From an uncultured Gammaproteobacteria bacterium (GTDB lineage: Bacteria; Pseudomonadota; Gammaproteobacteria; UBA9214), in assembly GCA_963768415.1 (NCBI GenBank), contig CAVYHX010000042.1:118-64117 (forward strand): 64,000 nt of DNA, read 5' to 3'. The notes under the pieces were generated by a model. The model searched no databases, had not been told where the DNA came from, and saw only the letters and a list, made by a program, of their open reading frames with translations. The first letter of the stretch is position 1. Every line of letters starts with the position of its first letter. Below are positions 29,826-41,323 of the stretch, in pieces. The translations under genes were made by a program, and so were the position numbers.

Positions 29826-29981
29826 AATAATGGGGAATAATTACCCACATATATTGCTATATATGGCATAAAAACATATTAAATTACCATATTTAAATTT
29901 ATTAAGTTAATGTGGGATATATTAACTTAATAAAGCCTATATTTATCACTATGTGGATTTTTAATTTATTATTTACCTGTC
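29826..29981. promoter_or_regulatory. Very AT-rich divergent intergenic region with a 14-bp perfect inverted repeat
   Basis: TTTATTAAGTTAAT (29898-29911), 9-bp spacer, ATTAACTTAATAAA (29921-29934); lies between the divergent rhodanese and lpxL genes. Confidence 0.55.
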
Positions 29982-30869
29982 ATGAAAATCATTTTAATTA
30001 AACTGGTCCTCTATATAAGCGCCTGGCTCCCCCTGCCAGTGATCCATGGGCTGGGATGGGGTGTCGGCTGGGGCCTGATCCTGTTCCCAAACCGTTCGCA
30101 GCGCGACACCGCCATTAACATCGGCCTCTGCCTGCCGGAATATTCAACCGGCGCCCGCCGCCGGCTGGTGCGCAAAAGCCTGCTGGAGACCGGCAAGACC
30201 TTCATCGAAACCGGTGCCCTCTGGCTGCGGCCGGGTGAGAATACCCTGCAGCTGATCAGGGCGGTCGATGGTGACCAGCTGGTCAAGGATGCCCTGGCAC
30301 AGGGTCGTGGAGTCATCCTGGCAACACCGCATCTGGGCGCATGGGAAGCCGCCGGGTTGTATTGCGCCGCCCACTTTGACATCACCTGCCTCTACCGCCC
30401 GCTGAAGATGCCGGAACTCGAAATCCTGGTGCGCAACGCGCGTAACCGGCTCGGCGGCACTTATGTGCCAACGGACTCGCGCGGTATCCGCACCCTGTAC
30501 AAAACACTGGAACAGGCGCGCGCGATTGCCATGCTCCCGGACCAGGAACCGCGTAGCGGTACCGGTATATTCGCACCGTTCTTCGGCAAGCCTGCCTATA
30601 CCATGGTGCTGCTGTCACGGCTGGCAGCCAGGACCGGTGCGCCTGTCATCTTCACCTGGTGCGAGCGCCTGACCTGGGGACGCGGCTACCACCTGCATTT
30701 TCGGTCGGTACCGGAGACACTCTACGCCGCTGACATGGTTACCTCGGCCACTGCCGTCAACGCTGTCGTGGAACGCTGCGTGCGCGAAAACCCTGCGCAG
30801 TACCAGTGGAGCTACCGGCGCTTCCGCACCCGCCCGAAGGGAGAGGAGTCAGTTTACGTCCGCAGGTGA
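29982..30869 (+). CDS. Lipid A lauroyl / lysophospholipid acyltransferase (LpxL/HtrB family)
   Basis: Catalytic TPHLGAWE, MLPDQEP, FAPFFG, PAQYQWSYRRFR. Confidence 0.88.
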   Translation: MKIILIKLVLYISAWLPLPVIHGLGWGVGWGLILFPNRSQRDTAINIGLCLPEYSTGARRRLVRKSLLETGKTFIETGALWLRPGENTLQLIRAVDGDQLVKDALAQGRGVILATPHLGAWEAAGLYCAAHFDITCLYRPLKMPELEILVRNARNRLGGTYVPTDSRGIRTLYKTLEQARAIAMLPDQEPRSGTGIFAPFFGKPAYTMVLLSRLAARTGAPVIFTWCERLTWGRGYHLHFRSVPETLYAADMVTSATAVNAVVERCVRENPAQYQWSYRRFRTRPKGEESVYVRR

Positions 30870-30899
30870 AGGGACTGCACTGAGGGATGGTGCACGTAT

Positions 30900-31241
30900 T
30901 CAGTTGTCACCGTCTGTTTTTGACTTGTCGTTACGCTGCAGCCGTCGCAGGAATACCTGCATCTCTTTGGCTGCCTGGATATCGCCCTTGCGTTCCGCGG
31001 CGGTGATGCCGGTAATGAATGCCTGTTCGGCAGCGTCGCGGTCACCGCTGGCCTGCAGGGCCTTGCCATATATTTTCCAGGCAGCGGAATAGCCGGGATC
31101 CTGGGCGACCGCCACTTGCAGGTGCTCGAGCGCATGCTGTGTATCACCCTTTTTGAACAAGGCACTGCCCAGGGTGAAACGCAACAGCGCATTATCCTGA
31201 CCGCTGGCGAGCAGCGCCTCCAGATTTTCGGTCATGCCCAT
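30900..31241 (-). CDS. Tetratricopeptide repeat protein
   Basis: LLASGQDNALLRFTLG, DPGYSAAWKIYGKAL, GDIQAAKEMQVFLRRL; its start overlaps the trkH stop (TGATG). Confidence 0.85.
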   Translation of the reverse strand: MGMTENLEALLASGQDNALLRFTLGSALFKKGDTQHALEHLQVAVAQDPGYSAAWKIYGKALQASGDRDAAEQAFITGITAAERKGDIQAAKEMQVFLRRLQRNDKSKTDGDN

Positions 31242-32692
31242 CAACGGCGCCAGAAGGTACGGGTAAACAGAATCAGCAGAGTGAAGACTTCCAGGCGCCC
31301 CAGAATCATGGCAAAAGTGAGCGCCCATTTGGCATGGTCATTCAGCTCGACATAATTGGCGCCGACTGCACCCAGCCCGGGGCCCAGGTTGTTCATGCAG
31401 GCAGCCACCGCGGAAAATGCCGTGACCTGGTCCAGTCCGGTTGCCATCAGATAAAGCATAATGACCACAAAACTGGCCACATAGGCCGCGAAGAAACCCC
31501 ATACCGCGGAGATGACACGATCCGCCATGGGCTTGTTGCCCACCTTGACGGGAATCTGGGCATTGGGATGGATCAGGCGCCTGATCTCACGGCGCCCCTG
31601 CTTGAGCAACAGGACGAAACGGATCACCTTCATGCCGCCACCGGTTGATCCGGTACACCCCCCGACAAAACTGGCAAACAGCAGCATGACAGGAAGAAAG
31701 CCGGGCCAGACAAAGTAATCCGCCGTGGTAAAACCGGTCGTGGTGCCAATGGATACCGCCTGGAACAGGCCCTTGTGCAGCGCCTCGCTGAAGAAAATAA
31801 ACGTATCGGTGTAGTACAAATAGCCAACCGTGATGGCAGTGACCAGGGCGAGTATTCCCAGGTAGGCCCGCAGCTCGGAATCAAACACATAGGGCCGCAG
31901 GCTCGTAGTACGCCAGGCGATAAAATGCAGCGCGAAGTTCATACCTGCCAGCAGCATGAACAGCACGGCAATCGATTCAATTGCCGTGCTGTCGAAATAA
32001 CCTATGCTTTCGTCATGCGTGGAAAAGCCACCGATCGCAATCGTGGAAAAACTGTGTCCGATCGCATCAAAACCCGTCATACCGGCGAGCCAGTAAAATA
32101 CCGCGCACGCAACTGTCAGGGCCAGGTAGATATACCACAGCGCCTTGGCCGTCTCGGTGATCCGCGGTGTCAGCTTGGTATCCTTGAGCGGGCCGGGTGT
32201 CTCGGCCCGGTACATCTGCATCCCGCCAACGCCCAGCATCGGCATAATGGCAACTGCGAGTACGATGATACCCATCCCGCCCAGCCACTGGAGTTGCTGT
32301 CGATAAAACAGGATGGACGCGGGCAGGTCATCCAGTCCTGTGATAACGGTAGCACCGGTTGTCGTGAGACCGGAAAACGATTCGAAGATTGCATCGGTTA
32401 TGGACAACTCCGGCCTGCCGGCAATCGCCAGCGGCAGCGCACCCACCAGACCCAGCACTACCCAGAACAACACGACAACCAGGAACCCGTCGCGCACCCG
32501 TAACTCATCGGTATAGCGGTGCACCGGCAACCATAGCAAACAGCCCAGTACCACTACACCCAGGGTAGCAATGAGAAATGCCTGCATCTCGCCATCATGG
32601 TAGATCCAGGAGACGGCAGCCGGCGGCAAAAAAGTGGCACTGAAGATCATCAACAACAGACCAAGCAGGCGCTGGATGGAAAGAAAGTGCAT
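31241..32692 (-). CDS. trkH: Trk potassium uptake membrane protein
   Basis: FESFSGLTTTGAT, QWLGGMGII, KLTPRI, GGCTGSTGGG.KV.R, NNLGPG, GRLE. Confidence 0.96.
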   Translation of the reverse strand: MHFLSIQRLLGLLLMIFSATFLPPAAVSWIYHDGEMQAFLIATLGVVVLGCLLWLPVHRYTDELRVRDGFLVVVLFWVVLGLVGALPLAIAGRPELSITDAIFESFSGLTTTGATVITGLDDLPASILFYRQQLQWLGGMGIIVLAVAIMPMLGVGGMQMYRAETPGPLKDTKLTPRITETAKALWYIYLALTVACAVFYWLAGMTGFDAIGHSFSTIAIGGFSTHDESIGYFDSTAIESIAVLFMLLAGMNFALHFIAWRTTSLRPYVFDSELRAYLGILALVTAITVGYLYYTDTFIFFSEALHKGLFQAVSIGTTTGFTTADYFVWPGFLPVMLLFASFVGGCTGSTGGGMKVIRFVLLLKQGRREIRRLIHPNAQIPVKVGNKPMADRVISAVWGFFAAYVASFVVIMLYLMATGLDQVTAFSAVAACMNNLGPGLGAVGANYVELNDHAKWALTFAMILGRLEVFTLLILFTRTFWRR

Positions 32693-32722
32693 GGTTCAGG
32701 AGTTCCGCACTGCAGTTATCGT

Positions 32723-34096
32723 TCAGAAGAAGGTAACACCAACCTGGAACAGGCGTTCTACTTCCTGAATACACTTTTTGTCGGACAGAAACAGAATGAC
32801 ATGGTCATCCGGCTCGACCACCGAGTCATGATGCGCGATCACAACTTCATCGCCACGCACAATCGCACCGATGGTGGTACCTTTCGGCAACTTGATTTCA
32901 TCAATGCTGCGCCCGACCACTCTGGAACTGTGACGATCCCCGTGCGCGACGGCCTCAATGGCCTCGGCAGCACCACGCCGCAGGGAATGCACCATCACCA
33001 CGTCGCCGCGGCGGACATGTGTCAGCAGGCTGCCGATGGTTGCCTGCTGTGGCGAAATGGCGATATCGATAATATCGCTCTGCACCAGGTCCACATAGGA
33101 GGCACGGTTGATCAACGACATGACCTTGCGGGCGCCCAGACGCTTGGCAAGCATGGCGGACAGAATATTCGCCTCTTCATCATTCGTGAGGGCGCAGAAT
33201 ACATCGACACTCTCGATATTTTCCTCCAGCAGCAATTCCTCATCGGCGGCATCACCGAGCAGGACCATGGTCTTGTTCAGGTTCTCCGATAAATGGCGCG
33301 CACGGTCTTCGTTACGTTCAATCACCTTGACCTGGTAGCGATTCTCGATCGCCAGTGCCAGCCGCATCCCGATGTTGCCGCCACCGGCCAGGAGCACACG
33401 CTTGACGGGCTTGTCCAGCTTGCGCAACTCGCTCATCACTGCGCGTATGTGCTTGCGGGCGGCCACGAAGAACACCTCGTCATCCACCTCTATTATTGTG
33501 TCACCGGAGGGTGTGATCGGCTGCCCCTGCCGGAATATCGAAGCCACACGGGCATCAATTCCCGGCATGTGTACCCGCAGGTCACGCAGCTCATGACCGA
33601 CGAGAGGTCCACCGTAATAGGCATGTACAGCCACCAGCTGGACCTGCCCCCCGGCAAAATCCAGCACCTGCAGGGCACCCGGATATTCGATCAGGCGCTC
33701 GATATATTCGGTGACCAGTTGCTCCGGGCTGATGAGCACATCCACCGGCAGGGCATCCTGGGAAAACAGGCGGGTGTGGTTCAGGTATTCCACCGAGCGT
33801 ACACGCGCTATCTTGGTCGGCGTATGAAACAGGGTATAGGCCACCTGACAGGCGATCATATTGGTTTCATCACTGTTGGTGACCGCAATGACCATGTCTG
33901 CATCATCAGCTCCGGCCTGTTTCAGCGTGTCGGGATGCGAGGCATGCCCCCTGAGCGTGCGAATGTCATGCCGGTCCTGGAGATCCTGCAGGATGGCCGG
34001 GTTGTCATCGACGACCGTAATGTCATTCGCCTCACTGGCCAGATTACTGGCAACAGATGAACCGACCTGACCGGCGCCCAGAATTATTATCTTCAT
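32723..34096 (-). CDS. trkA: Trk potassium uptake NAD-binding protein
   Basis: [22 protein letters not shown], second RCK motif [18 protein letters not shown]. Confidence 0.97.
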   Translation of the reverse strand: MKIIILGAGQVGSSVASNLASEANDITVVDDNPAILQDLQDRHDIRTLRGHASHPDTLKQAGADDADMVIAVTNSDETNMIACQVAYTLFHTPTKIARVRSVEYLNHTRLFSQDALPVDVLISPEQLVTEYIERLIEYPGALQVLDFAGGQVQLVAVHAYYGGPLVGHELRDLRVHMPGIDARVASIFRQGQPITPSGDTIIEVDDEVFFVAARKHIRAVMSELRKLDKPVKRVLLAGGGNIGMRLALAIENRYQVKVIERNEDRARHLSENLNKTMVLLGDAADEELLLEENIESVDVFCALTNDEEANILSAMLAKRLGARKVMSLINRASYVDLVQSDIIDIAISPQQATIGSLLTHVRRGDVVMVHSLRRGAAEAIEAVAHGDRHSSRVVGRSIDEIKLPKGTTIGAIVRGDEVVIAHHDSVVEPDDHVILFLSDKKCIQEVERLFQVGVTFF

Positions 34097-34157
34097 GTGC
34101 TGAAATCGATATCCGCTACGCGAATGGTTATGTTAATTGTGTTCGCAGGATGGCACG

Positions 34158-35528
34158 CTAGTCCGCGCCTTTTTTATGGTCAAGGCCGAGCGCCCTCAGC
34201 TTTCTGTATAAATGGGTGCGCTCCATACCGACACGCTTGGCAAGCTTGCCAACACTGCCGCCAACTTCACGCAGCTGATACTCAAGGTAGTTATGTTCGA
34301 ATTGTTCGCGCGCCTCGCGCAGCGGCAGATCATAAGGCATGCGCGGCCCGGCGCCTGCACCTGCAGACTGGTGCTGGGTACTGATGGCGAGTTCTATTTC
34401 AGTTGCATCGATCTCTGCATCCGAACCCAGAATCAACAGGCGCTGCACCAGGTTTTTCAATTCGCGAATATTCCCCGGCCAGTCATAATTCCTCAGCCGA
34501 TTCTGTGCCGCCACGCTGAAATGCCGGTAATCAAGCATTTCATGAGTCACCAGATAATCTACATAGAAATTCAGCAAATCATGAACATCATCGGCATGTT
34601 CACGCAAGGCGGGTATATGCAGTGGCACCACATTAAGATGATAAAACAGATCGTCACGGAAGCGTCCGGCAGTCACTTCTGCCTCGAGATCGCGGTGCGT
34701 CGTCGCGACTATCCGCAGGTCAACCTCAACATCTTCAGTTCCACCGACCCGTACATATGAGTTGGTCTGGAATACACCCAGCAGGCGCGCCTGGGTCTGC
34801 AAATCCATATCGGCAATATCGCCAATGCACAGGGTCCCGCCATTGGCCTGCTCAAGACGCCCGTATCGGATTGTTTCCCCGTCTTCCTGACCGAACAGCT
34901 CGAGCGCAGAGTTCTCCTGTGAAATAGACCCGACGGCGATCTCGACAAACGGACCGTGCCTGCGCTGACTCTGGTCGTGGATGTAGCGTGCAAAGGTGCG
35001 CTTGCCGGCACCGGGCTCACCGCTGATGAGTACCCAGCTGTTGTGCTGGGCGATCTTGTGCGCGTGGTTGCGCAGTTTTTCCATGATGGCGGATTTACCG
35101 ATCGGTTCGACGGGAGGCTGCGTATGTTCACGCAAGTCGGTATTTTCCCGCTGCAGGCGCTCACTCTCGAGTGCGCGTTCAACTGTCAGCAGCAGCTTGG
35201 CAAGGGATATCGGTTTCTCTATGAAGTCATAGGCACCCAGACGGGTTGCTTCAACTGCCGTTTCCACAGTGCCATGACCCGACATCATGACCACAGGACA
35301 GGGCAGGGCACCACTTTCAGACCACTCCCGCAGCAAGGTGATGCCATCCACATCATCCATCCAGATATCGAGCAGAACCAGGTCCGGACGCCGGGTGCGC
35401 CGCGCCTTGCGGGCTGCCTCGCCACTCTCGGCAACAGTTACGGTATAACCCTCGTCCTCGAGAATTTCATGCAACAGGCTTCTGATGTCCGGTTCATCGT
35501 CAACGACTAGGATATGGCGTGCGGTCAT
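34158..35528 (-). CDS. ntrX: NtrX-like sigma54-family response regulator
   Basis: REC domain (ILVVDDE, LLDIW, MMSGHG); degenerate AAA+ domain (GEPGAGK, LFGQE, no GAFTGA); HTH GMERTHLYRKL. Confidence 0.88.
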   Translation of the reverse strand: MTARHILVVDDEPDIRSLLHEILEDEGYTVTVAESGEAARKARRTRRPDLVLLDIWMDDVDGITLLREWSESGALPCPVVMMSGHGTVETAVEATRLGAYDFIEKPISLAKLLLTVERALESERLQRENTDLREHTQPPVEPIGKSAIMEKLRNHAHKIAQHNSWVLISGEPGAGKRTFARYIHDQSQRRHGPFVEIAVGSISQENSALELFGQEDGETIRYGRLEQANGGTLCIGDIADMDLQTQARLLGVFQTNSYVRVGGTEDVEVDLRIVATTHRDLEAEVTAGRFRDDLFYHLNVVPLHIPALREHADDVHDLLNFYVDYLVTHEMLDYRHFSVAAQNRLRNYDWPGNIRELKNLVQRLLILGSDAEIDATEIELAISTQHQSAGAGAGPRMPYDLPLREAREQFEHNYLEYQLREVGGSVGKLAKRVGMERTHLYRKLRALGLDHKKGAD

Positions 35529-35612
35529 GTTATTTTCTTGTTCCATATTGGCTGGCATGCCTCTCTGTTGTGCCATCAGGGGCACGTACGACCGGCAACT
35601 CCAAAGTCAGGA

Positions 35613-37859
35613 TTATAGCCCACCTCTGCGTACGGTTACTGCATTACCGGCATCATTCTGACCGGCAGCCGCGACCTTCTTGCTCGACAGCTGCAAACGG
35701 ATACGGACACAGGCACCGCCGTCACTGCCGGTTTCCGCGGTAATAACACCGCCGTGCTCCTCCACGATCTTCTTCACTATAGCCAGCCCGAGACCACCGC
35801 CTCTCGGCTTTGTGGAAACGTATGGCTCGAATATATTCTCCAGGACTTCGGCCCTGAATCCGGGGCCATTGTCGGCAACAGACAGTTCCACATAGCGCTT
35901 TCCGGCATCCTCGGCAGCCCGGGTTGAGATATTGATGCATGCCGCCGGAAGGCCATTGATGGCCTCCAGTGCATTCTTGACCAGATTGTGCAGCAACTGC
36001 CTGAACCGGCCCGCATCACCCTCGATGCAGGCCGGTTCAACTTCGAGATGTTCCACAATCTGGGCGTTCAGCTCGCCGCTGCGGTACAGATCGATGACCT
36101 CCCTGATGATCCGGTTCAGATCGAGCGGCTCGAGACTGATTTGCGGGGCGCGGGCATATTCACTGAAGGCATTGACCATCTTCTTCATCGCCTCGACCTG
36201 GTTGATAATGGTCGTGGTTGACCGCTCCAGCATGCTGAACTCCTGCTCGTCCAGGTGTTCGCGATAGCGATGGCGCAAGCGTTCCGCAGACAGCTGTATC
36301 GGTGTCAGCGGATTCTTGATTTCGTGGGCCAGCCGTCGCGCCACCTCTCCCCAGGCGGCGTCACGCTGCGCCTGAATGAGTGCAGTGACATCATCGAACA
36401 CGATAACCAGACCACCGTTGCGCCCGCCCCCCGCACCCTCCAGGGTCGTACCCCTGCAGGTAAGTACCTGGCGGCCGGTAACGCCGAACAGTGAAACTTC
36501 TTCCCGCCATGCCTGGACAGAATTGCCCTGGTGTTTATAAACAAGATCTATAAAGGGAATTAAAAAGGCATGGTCGTCGCTGATTATCCTGAGTTCCCTG
36601 CCCAGGTAGTTACTGATATCAACGCCCAGGCTCTCCCGGGCAGCACTGTTTACAGCGCGTATGACACCCGTCGCATCCAGACCGATAACACCCGATGACA
36701 GATTGGCCAGTACTGCTTCCAGATAAGCGCGCTGACCTTCAATCTGTTGCTGGCTGCGATGTGCCTGGTCGCGCGCCTTGCCCAGGCGGCGCGTCATATC
36801 GTTGAACGAGCGCACCAGAAAGCCCAGTTCATCATCGCTGGCAACGGACAGCCGGCGGCTGTAATCCCCTTCCGCAACAGCATGTGTTGCCTCGGCCAGA
36901 TCCCTGATTGGCGCAACCAGGCGGCGTGCGGAGTGGAATGCTGCCCAGATAGCACCCAGCAGGCTCAGCACGAGCACAATGGACAAGGTGAGTGTATAGC
37001 TGAACTTCAGCGGCTTGCGCAGATAAGCAAGTTCCCGATAATGACTGAAGGCCGACTGCACACTGTCAGCGAGCAGGCTGAGGCGCTCCGAAACAGGAAA
37101 CAGGGCCTGCAGGGTATAAATCTCGCTGTCCTGACGGGACGATTGCACCGGCACCAGGGCACGGGCAAACATGCCTGAGTCTCCCGCCGGATCGAGGCCA
37201 ATATAGTGGTGCCCCTCGCGCAGCATCGGCAGGATCCCGGGTGCGGGCTGGCTGGGCACTACGGCCATGATGTCGGCACTGCTGGACGCTACAATCCTGC
37301 CATCACTGCCAATCAACGTCAGTTCAGCGGCACCACTTCTGACTCTGTGATCATAGAGGTTCAGTGACAGCGTGGCAGTCGATGATTCGGAGATCTCTTC
37401 CGCCATCAACTCGGTCTGGCGCAGCGCTTCCCGCAGCCTCACATCCACCGCCGCGCGGCTGATATCAAGGGCATCATCCAGTGCCTGATCTATTCGCACA
37501 TCGAACCAGCTGTCGATGCCCCTATGCAAAAATTGCAGGGAGAAATAATAAACTATGCTGACCGGCACAATTGCCAGCACCACGAACATCAGCACCATGC
37601 GACTTGTCAGCCTGGCACCGACTGTCTTGTTGTGCCGCTGCCTGATCAACTTGATAATATTCGCGACCACCAGCGCACCCAGTATCACCAGGCCGGTCGC
37701 GTTGATTACCAGCAGCCATGAATACAGCTCCCCGAAGCGTTCGGAATTGTGGGTTGCATCACTCATATAGGAGAGTGACACCAGCAGCACGACAAACAGC
37801 CCCAGCACCGGCACGATGCCAAATCCGATGCTTCTTTTTCTTATCGAGCGAATGGCCAT
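35613..37859 (-). CDS. ntrY: NtrY-like sensor histidine kinase (HAMP/PAS)
   Basis: GIDSWFD, HAMP DELGFLVRSFN, AWGEVARRLAHEIKNPLTPIQLSAERL, NLVKNA, DNGPG, GLGLAIV. Confidence 0.9.
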   Translation of the reverse strand: MAIRSIRKRSIGFGIVPVLGLFVVLLVSLSYMSDATHNSERFGELYSWLLVINATGLVILGALVVANIIKLIRQRHNKTVGARLTSRMVLMFVVLAIVPVSIVYYFSLQFLHRGIDSWFDVRIDQALDDALDISRAAVDVRLREALRQTELMAEEISESSTATLSLNLYDHRVRSGAAELTLIGSDGRIVASSSADIMAVVPSQPAPGILPMLREGHHYIGLDPAGDSGMFARALVPVQSSRQDSEIYTLQALFPVSERLSLLADSVQSAFSHYRELAYLRKPLKFSYTLTLSIVLVLSLLGAIWAAFHSARRLVAPIRDLAEATHAVAEGDYSRRLSVASDDELGFLVRSFNDMTRRLGKARDQAHRSQQQIEGQRAYLEAVLANLSSGVIGLDATGVIRAVNSAARESLGVDISNYLGRELRIISDDHAFLIPFIDLVYKHQGNSVQAWREEVSLFGVTGRQVLTCRGTTLEGAGGGRNGGLVIVFDDVTALIQAQRDAAWGEVARRLAHEIKNPLTPIQLSAERLRHRYREHLDEQEFSMLERSTTTIINQVEAMKKMVNAFSEYARAPQISLEPLDLNRIIREVIDLYRSGELNAQIVEHLEVEPACIEGDAGRFRQLLHNLVKNALEAINGLPAACINISTRAAEDAGKRYVELSVADNGPGFRAEVLENIFEPYVSTKPRGGGLGLAIVKKIVEEHGGVITAETGSDGGACVRIRLQLSSKKVAAAGQNDAGNAVTVRRGGL

Positions 37860-38461
37860 GCGTACCACTCGCTGCGCATATCCCATGCAGAAGACACATA
37901 GGCAAGCAAACGGACCGGTGTCGGCAGTGATTCAATATCAAGATTGCCGCGCACGCGCATCTTGTAGAGACGGTCCCTGTCCAGCCGGCTTTGCTGAATG
38001 ACGATCAGGTCACGGATGTTACCGGCCGCGAGCAAGGCATCATCCAGTTGCAGATAATTGCTCTGGGCAGTGCTGCGCACATCCTTCACAAGGTAACTGC
38101 GACTGAGTGGGTTATATTGCAGTTCCCGCTTGAACGTTATCTCGGCGGCAACCTTGTCCCAGAACCAGGGATGCGTCCTGACGAGTTGCACCTGCAGTTC
38201 AAACACCAGCGGCACACCGTTTTCCAGCGCTTCCCGTGCACCGGGGCTCAATATTATGGAAAATTGCGCATCCAGCAGGTAATTCGTATCCACCAGGCGG
38301 ATGAATTTATCAGTTAGCTGGAAGGCGCTGCCTTCATCCGCATGCACATGTGGCGCGCCCCACAGGGCACAGGCGACAAGCAGTGCAGCGAGAGGATGCC
38401 GCAAACGGACTGCGGTAATCCTTGCGCTTATGCGACTCATTATGCGGACTTGCGCAGACAT
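37841..38461 (-). CDS. DUF4390 domain protein (start uncertain)
   Basis: EALENGVPLVF, LQYNPLSRSY, LDIESLPTP; occupies the conserved position between rsmB and ntrY. Confidence 0.82.
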   Translation of the reverse strand: MSAQVRIMSRISARITAVRLRHPLAALLVACALWGAPHVHADEGSAFQLTDKFIRLVDTNYLLDAQFSIILSPGAREALENGVPLVFELQVQLVRTHPWFWDKVAAEITFKRELQYNPLSRSYLVKDVRSTAQSNYLQLDDALLAAGNIRDLIVIQQSRLDRDRLYKMRVRGNLDIESLPTPVRLLAYVSSAWDMRSEWYAWPFAR

Positions 38462-39766
38462 GCGAAATAAAATCCGTCCATTGCTTCCTCACCTGGCAAC
38501 AGCTGCCTTCCCGCAGTACAGGCCCGCCCCCACGGTGCCCTGATCGGTACTTCAACAGCGTCGCCATGTGTCGCCAGGAAACGCTCGACCTGCCTGCTGT
38601 TCTCATCAGTCAGCACTGAACATGTGCAATACAGCAGCATACCCCGTGCCGCCAGCAAGGGCCATACGGCCTCCAGCAAGTGCGCCTGGCGTACGCACAG
38701 GGCGGCAATGTCCCCGGGCCGCCGCAATAGTTTGATATCGGGGTGCCTGCGAATGACACCGGTCGCGGAACACGGGGTATCCAGCAGTATACGGTCGTAC
38801 TGGTGGCCGTCCCACCACTTGTCCGGTGCGCCGGCATCCGCGTGCATGATCCGGGCCTGCAAGTCGAGACGCGCCAGGTTTTCCTCGACCCTGTGCAGCC
38901 GGCCGGCATCAATATCGAGCGCAGTCAGTGCCGCAAGGTTGGGCTGCAGTTCCAGCATATGTGCGGTCTTGCCGCCCGGTGCTGCACAGGCATCCAGCAC
39001 CGACTGGCCGGGCGCCAGATCCAGCAACCCGGCCGCCAGCTGTGCCGCCCCGTCCTGCACGGAAACCACGCCCTCCGCGAAGCCGGGCAAGGCGTCTACC
39101 GCAACCGGCTTGGTAAGCATGATGCCCTGGTCTGTCGCGCTCAGCGGCACGGCCTCTATCCGGTGCAAGGCCAGTAGTTCCAGGTATTCATCCCGGGTGA
39201 CGCGGCGCCGGTTGATACGCAGCCCCAGTGGCGGCCGCGTGTTATTCGCCTGCAGGATCGTCTGCCCAGTCATTCGGCCAGTCGGCCTGGATGCGGGCGA
39301 CCAGCCAGTCGGGATGTGCGTAGCAGGCACCCGTGTCGCCCGCGATTGCCTGGTGCAAATCCGGACCGTTACGCTGGTAGTTGCGCAGCACGGCATTTAC
39401 CAGCCCGCTGGCCCATGCCTTGTTCAGGGCACGCACCGCCTGGACGGTTTCATGCACGGCAACCCGTTGCGGCAAGGCCATGTGATCCAGCTGGTACAGA
39501 CCGGCCAGCAACAGACCGTGCACGTCTGCGGCACTGGCCTTGAGCGGCTTGTCCAGCAGTTGTTGCAGGATGGCGTCCAGCTGGAAATACCAGCGCAAGG
39601 TTCCGTAGGAAAGCTCCTGCAACAGTGCCCGCTGTTGCGCATCCGCAAGCTCCTGCAGCCCGGGCGGCAAGACATCGGCCAGCGAGCGCCGTCTGTGCGC
39701 GACATGCGCAATAACGCGGGCGGCGCCGGCACGCACATCCACGGACTTTACCATGGACATCGACAC
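38440..39766 (-). CDS. rsmB: 16S rRNA m5C967 methyltransferase (frameshift near 39265)
   Basis: NusB-like N-terminus (LSYGTLRW, GLVNAVLR), then SVQDGAAQ, LDACAAPGGKT, DTPCSATGVIRRHPDIK, YCTCS, DGFY. Confidence 0.95.
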
Positions 39767-39775
39767 GCGCCTATG

Positions 39776-40709
39776 CTAATCACCAAGACGAACACCTTCC
39801 AGGGAATGTGCATTGACGAAATCACCGGCAGTTACCGGACGCCCGCCGGGCAATTGCAGGACCCGCAGCCGCAACACGTCCGCGCCGCAGGCAACCTCGA
39901 TGCCGGACTTGTCCGCCGACAACACGGTGCCGGGCGGTGCCGTGACCTGACGGTGTCACGGAGACGGCCTCCCAGATACGCAGTTGCCGGCCCTGATAGC
40001 GGGTTTCGGCCACCGGCCAGGAATTGTACGCGCGCACCTGGCGCGTTCCAGGTGCGCGGCAGTACGCCGTCCAGTCGATCAGCGCATCCGCCTTGTCGAT
40101 CTTGCCGGCATAGGTCACCTGCGCGGGGTCCTGCGGTTGCGGCACAAGACTCGCGTTCTCGAGCGCAGCGAGATTCCCGGCCAGCAGTTCACCACCGAGG
40201 CGGGACAGCCGGTCATGCAGGCTGCTCGCCGTGTCGCTGGCCTCGATGCGACAGCGCTGGCAGGCAAGCACCGGTCCGGTATCCAGCCCGGCCTCCATCT
40301 GCATCAGGCAGACACCGGTCTCGGTATCACCGGCCAGAATGGCATGCTGAATGGGTGCAGCACCACGCCAGCGCGGCAGCAGGGAGGCATGCACATTGAC
40401 GCACCCGAGGCGCGGTAGCGCCAGTACCGCTGGCGGCAGGATCAACCCGTAGGCAACCACCACCATCAGGTCGGGCTGCAATTTTTCCAGCCCGGACTGG
40501 ACCTCGGCATCGCGGAGCGTGACCGGCTGGCAGACGGGCACCCCGTATTCCAGGGCCAGCTGCTTTACCGGGCTTTGGGAGGCACGGCGTCCGCGGCCGG
40601 CGGGGCGATCGGGTTGGGTATAAACCGCTGCGACGCTATGCGCACTATCCAGCAGGGCCTGCAGCGCAGGCACGGAAAACTCGGGTGTCCCGGCAAATAT
40701 GATGTTCAT
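39776..40709 (-). CDS. fmt: Methionyl-tRNA formyltransferase (frameshifts in the 3' third)
   Basis: [54 protein letters not shown]. Confidence 0.95.
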
Positions 40710-40782
40710 GAGAATAATCCGACCCGGGCCGGCGGGTGCTGGATGACTACTCCGGGCCGCACGGGGTGGTCGGCAAGGGTGA

Positions 40783-41323
40783 CTAGAGGACCTGCCTGGC
40801 TGGATGCTCTTCGGAGCCGGCCGCTGCCTGGCGCTGGATTTTTTCCAGCTTCTTCCTGATCAGGGTGCGTTTTAACGGAGACAGATAGTCCACAAACAGC
40901 TTGCCATCGAGATGGTCAAGCTCGTGCTGGATACACACTGCCAGCAGCCCGTCGGCCTCCAGTTCAAAGGGCTCGCCAGCCCGGTTCAACGCCCGGACCC
41001 GGACCCGGTCAGCCCGCTGCACCAGTTCATACACCCCGGGGACCGAGAGGCAGCCTTCCTCCATCTCCTCCACGCCATCGCGCTCGATAATCTCCGGATT
41101 AATCAGGTGTAAAGGCTGGTCCCTAGCTTCCGATATATCTATAACGACAATCCGCCTGGCAACATTGACCTGGGTAGCCGCCAGCCCGATACCGGGTGCC
41201 GCGTACATGGTCTCGAGCATATCGTCGATGAGCTGACGCACTAGCGGCATCGACCTGGTCTACCGGTCGGGAGATATTGCGCAGCCGCGGATCGGGAAAA
41301 TGAAGAATATCCAGGATTGCCAT
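40783..41323 (-). CDS. def: Peptide deformylase (frameshift near 41245)
   Basis: [40 protein letters not shown]. Confidence 0.96.

Noticed and set aside
29898-29934. AT-rich inverted repeat as a dif (XerC/XerD) site
   Set aside because: The arms are 14 bp with a 9-bp spacer rather than 11-6-11, and they do not match the XerD arm TTATGTTAAAT
34158-35528. NtrX lacking the GAFTGA sigma54-contact loop
   Set aside because: This is a known property of beta/gammaproteobacterial NtrX proteins in the rsmB-DUF4390-ntrY-ntrX-trkA cluster
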